From positions 1 to 13,858 of the forward strand of contig JBDHXA010000075.1 in assembly GCA_039810485.1 (NCBI GenBank): a DNA stretch of 13,858 nt. The letters are read 5' to 3'. A model generated the notes under the pieces. It was not told the origin of the DNA. It saw nothing but the letters and a program-made list of their open reading frames with translations, and made no database searches. Below are positions 7,772-13,858 of this stretch, in pieces. Numbering within the stretch: position 1 is the first letter of the stretch; each line of letters opens with the position of its first letter. Origin of the DNA: Chlorobiota bacterium (GTDB lineage Bacteria > Bacteroidota > Ignavibacteria > Kapaibacteriales > UBA961). The position numbers were made by a program, and so were the translations under genes.

Positions 7772-10700
7772 TTAGAAATCGCCGCCGAGCGAAAATAGCC
7801 AGCGTGGTTCCGACCATGAATAAAACTCATTGCGCCATGCTACATCAACGCGAAGCGGCAAGCCGAGAACAAAGGTTCGTATGCCTAAGCCTGCGCTCAT
7901 AAGCAAATCCTTTGCAACCGTGTTTCCAAGATAATCTGTCGTTGTCGCCGTAAAATTATTATTCCATGCAGCGCCAATATCGGTAAATAAAGACCCTTGA
8001 ACTCCTTGCAATAAAATGGGAATAGGTCCTGCAACAAGAGCTTGGAATAGCGGGAATCTCATTTCGGCATTGAATAGAAAATGTTTGTTTCCGAATCTCT
8101 CGCCTACATCAAAGCCGCGCAATGGCAAGCCATATTGCGAGAAAGCAAAGTCAGCAGGAGTATTCCACGGCAGAGCCCCACCCGAAAAGCTTCTATTTAT
8201 CCAATTGTCTATGCCTCCTATAAAAGCATTCTGAGGATCAGGCCCAAAACTTGCGCTGCCAGATCCGCGAAAAGCTAGATTGATATAATTGTTGAAAAAA
8301 GAAAAATACTGTCGCACATCAGCATTGAGCGTAATAAATCCAGGAGCTGATTCTGATAGTTTAGGCACGCTCATTATTCTTGCAAAATAGCGAGTGCCGC
8401 GATTGGGACCAAACCAGCCCCAATCTGTATTATCAAAGACATAACGTGCTTGAGGAGCTAAAGCAAAAATCGAAGCATTTTGCTCCATCGGATAATCCAC
8501 ATTATCGCGGGTTACCAATTGGAAGCCTACGCCAAATTCTAATCTGCGAAAACGGTCGAAAGGATATGAAGCATTGCTCGTTATGCCATAATTACGAAAG
8601 CGGTATAACATTCCGCTGCGAATAACATAAGCGGCATTATGGAAAGCGTCGAGCTCATAGTCAATTCTATGCGGCAAATAATAATACGCCGCATAAAAAT
8701 TGCTATTCTTCAAGTCAAGGAATAGATTGATTAGCAAATACAATTGGTGATCGCCCAGCATGTCGCTAAATAGCATTTGCGTAGCTCCCTGCAATCCATA
8801 AAATGTGCTAAATCCGGCATTATTATATATTAAATCCGTAGAAAGCGACACCTTATAGTCCTGTGGAGCTGAAAGAGTTGTATCAGCTATTGCATCTGCA
8901 AGTATTGTTTGTGCGATTTGCGCATTTAGCGCATTCTGGCTTGGTGGCACAGATTGCTGACGTGAAAAATCTATTTGAAATTTTCCGTATCCAATCGGTT
9001 TTTCTGGCTTGTTTATTATTTCAGTTGCAGCTGTTATCTTTATAGTTTTTTCCTTTTCTGTTTCTTTTTGCCTGAATTTTGTTAAAGGTAGTTCGCCGTA
9101 ATTTTTGCGTTGCAGCGGAAATCGCATCGAAAACAAGTCAAACCCTCCTTTGTTCTGTGATGAAAATAATAATCGGCTGCCATCTCCTGCCAAAGAAATC
9201 TGCGTAACGCCGCTTATTGAATTTGTTCGAGCAGTAATTTCACCGGTAGTGAGATTAAGAAAATACAAATTGCCTATTCCATTTTTATCAGAAACAAAGA
9301 GCATCGTATTTCCATCGGGCGAAACGGCAAGCGAGGTTTTTTCATTAAGCGGATCGCGGGTAATGCGTCTAATTGAGCGATCGGCAATATCTATTGAGTA
9401 AATATCTTGCACGTCATAGTTGTAGTTCCACATTATAAACTCGGCGCCTGTAAAATTGCCGCTTGTATAGTCGCCTCTGTCTGAAACAAAATAAATAGTT
9501 TTACTGTCGGGCGACCAAGTGGGATGCTGGTCGCTAAACACATCATTTGTAAGTTTCGCAAGCGTGTCTTTTGCTATATTATAAAGATATAAATCTGGCT
9601 GCTCATATTTTGACGCAATAAAAGCAATACTCTTTCCATCGGGCGACCATATTGCCGATGTAATTGATTTTAATTCAAATGTTCTGCGCTTATAATCGCC
9701 GGTCTTTGCATCAACAATGAATAATGCATCCTCGCCTCCTGCTTTTGCAGATACCGCTAGTCGCTTGCCGGTTGGATCCCATGAAATTCCCGGTGTCAAG
9801 AAATTGAGATCCTCAAAATCAAGCGCTCGATCGCTCGAAATTAGTTTTTCTACTTTGCCGTTCAACGCCAGATATTTAATATAAATGCCAAATGTGCCTT
9901 GCTCATCGGCTATGTAAGCAATTTTATCGCCATCTGGAGAAACCGCCGGAGAAGAATTATAAAAATTATATAATTTCTCATGATTGGTGATACGCTCTGC
10001 AAAATCGTCGAGATCTTCAAATTTTTCAACATCGGGCAAATAAATTTTCTTCATTTCTCGCACCCACAAATCCGAGAGATCCTCATAAGTCATGCCGAAT
10101 GTTGTCTCAAAAGTTTGTTTGATGTCCGCGGCATTGCGAATGCGATTGATAAGTTCGCTGATTTTCTGCTCTCCATACCGTTCGCGAATAAACCAATAAA
10201 ACGCTTGACCTCCTCGATAAGCGTAATAGCCGCGTAAATTTTCAAATCCTTTTAGCTTTTCGCTTAATGCTACATCACGCATGAACATGTCGGTTTTCGC
10301 ATCATATCCGTCGGCAGCCGCAAATTCGGCTAATCCTTCATTCATCCACAAAGGCAATTCAGCTCGACGCGAGTTTGAAATTGCATTTTGTATTGTTCCG
10401 CCATAAAACATATCATTCAGCACAGCGTGGACAAGCTCATGATGAATAACGTGCTGAAATTGATCGTATCTTCCTTCAAAAGGAATAGTTACACGATTTT
10501 TGAATAATTCGGTAACTCCGCCAATGCCTTCGCTTATTTCGCCATAAATCACATTCGTTTGCTGAAATTCATTGTGCGAATTATAGACGACAATTGGAAT
10601 TCTTCTTTTTAATGAATAATTAAGCAAGTGTTCTATGGAGCCAATATCGCGCTCCGCATTAATCGCTGCAAATCGTGCCAAATACTCGCCGCCATGGGCA

Positions 10701-10843
10701 AAATATACATCGAAGTGCTTAGACCGTATATACTTCCAAGAAAAGTTGTCATATTGAACCTTGTTTTTTCCAAATTGAGCGGAAGCTTCGCTAAAAGTTA
10801 AAATAATAACAATGAAACATATAAATAGCAAAAATGATTTCAT
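7772..10843 (-). CDS. Secreted multidomain outer-membrane protein: signal peptide, gluzincin-like HExxH metallopeptidase module, TolB-like PD40 beta-propeller repeats, C-terminal Omp85/BamA-type beta-barrel
   Basis: 1023 aa. N-terminal signal peptide MKSFLLFICFIVIILTFSEASA-Q. HELVH (aa ~135-139, nt 10427-10441) followed about 30 aa later by WMNEGLAEF, a gluzincin HExxH...E arrangement. Repeated PD40 signatures SPDGDKIAYIAD, WSPDGKSIAFIAS, WSPDSKTIYFVSDR, SPDGNTMLFVSDKNG. C-terminal region carries the Omp85 loop-6 signature LRGFDVGERFGNKHFLFNAEMRFPLF (cf. BamA VRGF...ExRFP) and terminates in ...FSLGGDF, an aromatic terminal residue typical of OM beta-barrels. Confidence 0.8.
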   Translation of the reverse strand: MKSFLLFICFIVIILTFSEASAQFGKNKVQYDNFSWKYIRSKHFDVYFAHGGEYLARFAAINAERDIGSIEHLLNYSLKRRIPIVVYNSHNEFQQTNVIYGEISEGIGGVTELFKNRVTIPFEGRYDQFQHVIHHELVHAVLNDMFYGGTIQNAISNSRRAELPLWMNEGLAEFAAADGYDAKTDMFMRDVALSEKLKGFENLRGYYAYRGGQAFYWFIRERYGEQKISELINRIRNAADIKQTFETTFGMTYEDLSDLWVREMKKIYLPDVEKFEDLDDFAERITNHEKLYNFYNSSPAVSPDGDKIAYIADEQGTFGIYIKYLALNGKVEKLISSDRALDFEDLNFLTPGISWDPTGKRLAVSAKAGGEDALFIVDAKTGDYKRRTFELKSITSAIWSPDGKSIAFIASKYEQPDLYLYNIAKDTLAKLTNDVFSDQHPTWSPDSKTIYFVSDRGDYTSGNFTGAEFIMWNYNYDVQDIYSIDIADRSIRRITRDPLNEKTSLAVSPDGNTMLFVSDKNGIGNLYFLNLTTGEITARTNSISGVTQISLAGDGSRLLFSSQNKGGFDLFSMRFPLQRKNYGELPLTKFRQKETEKEKTIKITAATEIINKPEKPIGYGKFQIDFSRQQSVPPSQNALNAQIAQTILADAIADTTLSAPQDYKVSLSTDLIYNNAGFSTFYGLQGATQMLFSDMLGDHQLYLLINLFLDLKNSNFYAAYYYLPHRIDYELDAFHNAAYVIRSGMLYRFRNYGITSNASYPFDRFRRLEFGVGFQLVTRDNVDYPMEQNASIFALAPQARYVFDNTDWGWFGPNRGTRYFARIMSVPKLSESAPGFITLNADVRQYFSFFNNYINLAFRGSGSASFGPDPQNAFIGGIDNWINRSFSGGALPWNTPADFAFSQYGLPLRGFDVGERFGNKHFLFNAEMRFPLFQALVAGPIPILLQGVQGSLFTDIGAAWNNNFTATTTDYLGNTVAKDLLMSAGLGIRTFVLGLPLRVDVAWRNEFYSWSEPRWLFSLGGDF

Positions 10844-11065
10844 CGAGATGCCGCAGAAAATAACCTAATATTCATTTGATCCAGCGAATATAAACATTCG
10901 ACGATTTACCATGCGTTAAATTACCGGCTGAAAGTTGCTGCCGAATCTAATTATTAGTCATCTTATATTCGAGTAATTACAAAAATGATGGTAATTTTGC
11001 AAAAAAATGATCTTTCAACATCCTTTTTCCTACAAGATATTTTTATTGTTTCCTTCTGAAGCATA

Positions 11066-11974
11066 ATGCTTATTACAATAGATAATTTCTCGGGATTTTG
11101 CTGGGGCGTTGTTCGCACAGTGCAAATCGCCGAGCGCAGTTTAATTGAAAACAAAGGCAACGTATTTGTTCTCGGCAATATTATTCACAATCCTATGGAA
11201 ATTGCACGATTAGAAGCCAAAGGATTGCGCACAATTACGCATGACGAAATAGACAAACTTCCAACCGGCGGCAAAGTGCTCATTCGAGCTCACGGCGAAC
11301 CTCCTGAAACATATCGCCGCGCTTTTGCCGCAAACGTTGAAATTATTGACGCAACTTGCCCTGTTGTTACCAAGCTGCAAGAACGAGTCCGCAAATTCTA
11401 TGAAGCCGGGTTCCAAGTTGTCATCTTCGGCAAAAAAGATCATGCCGAAATGCTCGGTTTGCGTGGCGTCTGTGAGGATAATTGCATCGTAATTAAAAAT
11501 ACTGATGAGGCTTTGACAACTGTTAATTTCGCTCTTCCTACAGTTCTTTTTTCACAAACCACTATGGACAAAGCCGGTTATGCATCTCTACGCGGTTTTT
11601 TTGAGCAAAGAATAAAAGAACTCGTAATAGAAGTCAGGACTGAGAATAATGAAAGTTTTTTTGCCAAAGACACAATCTGCGGCCAAGTTTCAGGCCGCGA
11701 AGCACACTTGGCGCGATTTGCTTCCGAAAACGACATTATGATATTTGTAGCAGGAAAAGCGTCTTCCAATGGCAAAGTGCTGTATGAAGTGTGCAAAGCT
11801 GCAAATCCGCGCACGTATTTTATCGAGAAAATTGATGAATTGCAAGAAGAATGGTTCGGTGGCGCAGACACAGTTGGGATATCCGGCGCTACTAGCACAC
11901 CGCATTGGTATATGGGGCAAGTAAAAGAATTTATAGAACATGATATTTTAGCCAATATGACAATACATCAGTAA
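11066..11974 (+). CDS. ispH: 4-hydroxy-3-methylbut-2-enyl diphosphate reductase (IspH/LytB)
   Basis: 302 aa. N-terminal MLITIDNFSGFCWGVVRTV (IspH GFCFGVxRA motif with first Cys). DATCPVV (second Cys). DTICGQVSGRE (third Cys, NTICxATxxRQ-like). SGATSTPHW near the C-terminus. Length typical. Confidence 0.9.
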   Translation: MLITIDNFSGFCWGVVRTVQIAERSLIENKGNVFVLGNIIHNPMEIARLEAKGLRTITHDEIDKLPTGGKVLIRAHGEPPETYRRAFAANVEIIDATCPVVTKLQERVRKFYEAGFQVVIFGKKDHAEMLGLRGVCEDNCIVIKNTDEALTTVNFALPTVLFSQTTMDKAGYASLRGFFEQRIKELVIEVRTENNESFFAKDTICGQVSGREAHLARFASENDIMIFVAGKASSNGKVLYEVCKAANPRTYFIEKIDELQEEWFGGADTVGISGATSTPHWYMGQVKEFIEHDILANMTIHQ

Positions 11975-12004
11975 TTTTTTTATTACTCATTCTTTCAAAC
12001 CATT

Positions 12005-12169
12005 ATGGCAGCATTATTTTTGATTATTATAGCTTTGGCAACTTTTTTTATTTCTGTTGCTCTCATTGTAATCGGTCAAGAAATAAGTATTTTTCTTGCT
12101 ATTTTCTTATTTGCCCTGATTTCATTTGTCAGTTGGAAACTGTTTCAGATTAATTTGTTGCGTTTATAA
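12005..12169 (+). CDS. Hypothetical small hydrophobic protein (54 aa, two predicted TM helices). Below the ORF-track size cutoff
   Basis: ATG at 12005, TAA at 12167-12169. Translation MAALFLIIIALATFFISVALIVIGQEISIFLAIFLFALISFVSWKLFQINLLRL. Lies between ispH stop and the intrinsic terminator at 12295-12326. Caveat: T-rich DNA yields hydrophobic ORFs by chance. Confidence 0.2.
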   Translation: MAALFLIIIALATFFISVALIVIGQEISIFLAIFLFALISFVSWKLFQINLLRL

Positions 12170-12294
12170 GATAATTTCTTACAATCATTATCGATGAATT
12201 GGCATACGGTAATGTTTATCTGTATATCTAGCTCATATTTCAATTCCAAAATATAGGCGTTTCATTATGCCTAAATGAATTATCCTACTTTTGC

Positions 12295-12326
12295 AAAGTC
12301 CGTCTAAAAAAAGACGGACTTTTTTT
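12295..12326 (+). terminator. Rho-independent terminator closing the ispH transcription unit, upstream of the SDR gene
   Basis: Perfect 8-bp stem gtccgtct (12298-12305) / agacggac (12312-12319), 6-nt A loop, then T7 run (12320-12326). Flanking A residues 12295-12297 can extend the stem against the T-run. Confidence 0.7.
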
Positions 12327-12380
12327 CATTATTTCAACATAATTTTGAGAAAGTATTCTTCTCGCTTGGTAACAACTCTT

Positions 12381-13148
12381 ATGAATGAAAAAATTGTATT
12401 GATTACCGGCGCGTCAAGCGGCATTGGCTTGGGATGCGCCGAAGTATTTGCCGAATCTGGCGCGCGCTTAATACTTGTTGCGCGACGCAAAGACCGTCTT
12501 GATGCTCTCGCAATCGAATTATGCAAAAATTATCATGCCGATATTATCACGATGCAATGCGATGTTCGGAATAAAGAAGATGTATTTACTATGTATAATT
12601 CACTTCCAAATGAATGGCAAGCAATTGATGTTTTGATTAATAATGCAGGTTTATCGCGCGGTCTCGATAAAATTCAGTCGGGAAATATTAACGACTGGGA
12701 AGAAATGATTGACACAAATATCAAAGGATTGCTTTATGCAACTCGAGCTATATTGCCCGGCATGATTGCTCGCAAACAAGGTATGATAATCAATATAGCT
12801 TCAATAGCAGGTCGCACTGTCTATCCTTCCGGCAATGTGTATTGCGCTACAAAAGCAGCAGTAAAATCAATTTCTGATTCTTTACAGCTTGACGTTAACG
12901 GTACCGGAGTGCGTGTTACAAATATTGATCCCGGACTAGTTGAAACAGAGTTTTCCTTAGTTCGCTTTCATGGCGATAAAGAGCGCGCTGATTCTGTATA
13001 TCATGGCTTCTCACCTCTTTCAGCTCGCGATGTAGCCGAGGCAACGCTATTCTGCGCCACACGACCGCAGCATGTGAGCATACACGATTTGCTGATCATG
13101 CCAACAGCGCAAGCATCGCCTTATATCATTGATAAACGAACTTCATAA
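12381..13148 (+). CDS. ydfG: Short-chain dehydrogenase/reductase, YdfG-like NADP-dependent 3-hydroxy acid (serine) dehydrogenase
   Basis: 255 aa from ATG 12381 (MNEKIVLITGASSGIGLG: Rossmann TGxxxGxG). NNAGL; catalytic YCATKAAV (YxxxK). Block-by-block similarity to E. coli YdfG recalled from memory: DVRN, IDVLINNAGL, DWEEMIDTNIKGLLYATRAILPGM, NVYCATKA, VRVTNIDPGLVETEFSLVRF. The ORF-track start at 12291 (TTG) would translate through the terminator hairpin and is rejected. Confidence 0.85.
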   Translation: MNEKIVLITGASSGIGLGCAEVFAESGARLILVARRKDRLDALAIELCKNYHADIITMQCDVRNKEDVFTMYNSLPNEWQAIDVLINNAGLSRGLDKIQSGNINDWEEMIDTNIKGLLYATRAILPGMIARKQGMIINIASIAGRTVYPSGNVYCATKAAVKSISDSLQLDVNGTGVRVTNIDPGLVETEFSLVRFHGDKERADSVYHGFSPLSARDVAEATLFCATRPQHVSIHDLLIMPTAQASPYIIDKRTS

Positions 13149-13250
13149 TTTAGCTTTCACATAATAAAACAAGTGTGGAGAAACGTACTTAATTGTAAGT
13201 GAAAATATATTTCAAATCAATATTTAATTGTTCACAAAATAACACAAGCT

Positions 13251-13808
13251 ATGACTCAGCAAGAATTAACGACAAAAATAGAGGAGTTGGAAGAATTAGT
13301 TGAATCCGGCAGCGATTATATCGAGGCAGAGCACCAAGCGCGTGAAATGTTAGAAACGCCTGAAATAATTGCTAACTCAAATATTCATTGCAGAACGCTT
13401 TTAGCCCTTTCATCATCTCTTTGGCGGCGAGGAATGAATGAGAATGCCCTTCCTTGTGCCGAACAGGCACTTTCTATAGCAACACAAGAGCAGAATAAAT
13501 ATCTTGAAGCAAAATCACTATACAAAATCGGCGTCACATATAATAATTTGTCAGATTATCACATTTCTATGGATTACATAAAGAGAGCACTCTTATTGTA
13601 TCAAGAGTTGAATGATCAGGAATGGATTGCTGGATGTTTTGGATTTCTTGGAATTCTAAATAATAACTTATGCGATTATTCCCATGCGTTAGAATACTAT
13701 TATAAAGCTAACGAAATATATGAAGGTATATACAATAAAAAGGGTATTGCAATGAATTATTGCAATATTGGCATTGTATATTTGAGCCCACTCCGAAAAG
13801 TCGGGTAA
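13251..13808 (+). CDS. Tetratricopeptide-repeat (TPR) protein, 185 aa. May be a truncated N-terminal fragment of a larger TPR-containing signalling protein
   Basis: Repeated TPR-like 34-aa helical motifs (AKSLYKIGVTYNNLSDYHISMDYIKRALLLYQEL; IAGCFGFLGILNNNLCDYSHALEYYYKANEIY; GIAMNYCNIGIVYL...). ORF stops (TAA 13806-13808) in the middle of a repeat, and all three frames are closed right after. Window ends 50 bp later. Confidence 0.55.
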   Translation: MTQQELTTKIEELEELVESGSDYIEAEHQAREMLETPEIIANSNIHCRTLLALSSSLWRRGMNENALPCAEQALSIATQEQNKYLEAKSLYKIGVTYNNLSDYHISMDYIKRALLLYQELNDQEWIAGCFGFLGILNNNLCDYSHALEYYYKANEIYEGIYNKKGIAMNYCNIGIVYLSPLRKVG

Positions 13809-13858
13809 AAAAAACATAGATAGTCAGCTGTTAAATTGCAATATCGCATTTGTTTTCA

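Noticed and set aside
8016-10237. Six plus-strand ORFs (60-98 aa) inside the 1023-aa minus-strand gene
   Set aside because: Shadow ORFs antisense to a well-supported long CDS.
10963-11178. 71-aa minus-strand ORF overlapping the ispH start
   Set aside because: Overlaps the conserved IspH N-terminus on the opposite strand; AT-rich; no features.
11210-11955. Minus-strand ORFs (77, 125, 83 aa) inside ispH
   Set aside because: Antisense to ispH.
13787-13820. ccga-aaag-tcgg mini-hairpin plus A8 tract after the TPR stop, as a terminator or IS end
   Set aside because: 4-bp stem only, and A-run rather than T-run on the coding strand. Too little sequence before the window edge to interpret.
1-13858. 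CRISPR arrays, rRNA, tRNA, tandem repeats
   Set aside because: No repeat-spacer periodicity, no conserved rRNA or tRNA motifs found by eye. The only repetitive sequence is protein-coding: coiled-coil codons in the flotillin, Gly/Asp codons in HsdR.

Overview
13.9-kb low-GC window with a mosaic gene order. My guess is a flagellated member of the FCB group (Ignavibacteria/Bacteroidota-like), but that is a low-confidence inference from composition and gene content. Genes in order: (1) 5'-truncated C-terminal ~685 aa of a type I restriction enzyme R subunit (HsdR; DEAH, TATP and RxNRIY helicase motifs), running off the left edge; (2) convergent CheW gene sharing a bidirectional intrinsic terminator with hsdR; (3) minus-strand operon of an NfeD/YqiJ-like membrane protein plus an SPFH/flotillin (YqiK/FloT-like) protein directly upstream of cheW; (4) divergent PTS enzyme I gene (ptsI) with TTG start and a short N-terminal extension, no adjacent ptsH; (5) ~600-bp decayed IS30-family transposase pseudogene between ptsI and the next gene, recognisable only by translation across frameshifts; (6) a 1023-aa secreted protein fusing a gluzincin-type HExxH metallopeptidase module, TolB-like PD40 beta-propeller repeats and a C-terminal Omp85/BamA-type beta-barrel, with no recognisable POTRA region; (7) ispH; (8) a tiny hydrophobic ORF and an intrinsic terminator; (9) a YdfG-like SDR dehydrogenase whose real start is downstream of the ORF-track call; (10) a TPR-repeat ORF ending abruptly mid-repeat near the right edge. 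No CRISPR array, rRNA or tRNA seen. The most unusual element is the peptidase-propeller-Omp85 fusion; the IS30 relic and the R-M fragment suggest this is an accessory-flavoured neighbourhood.
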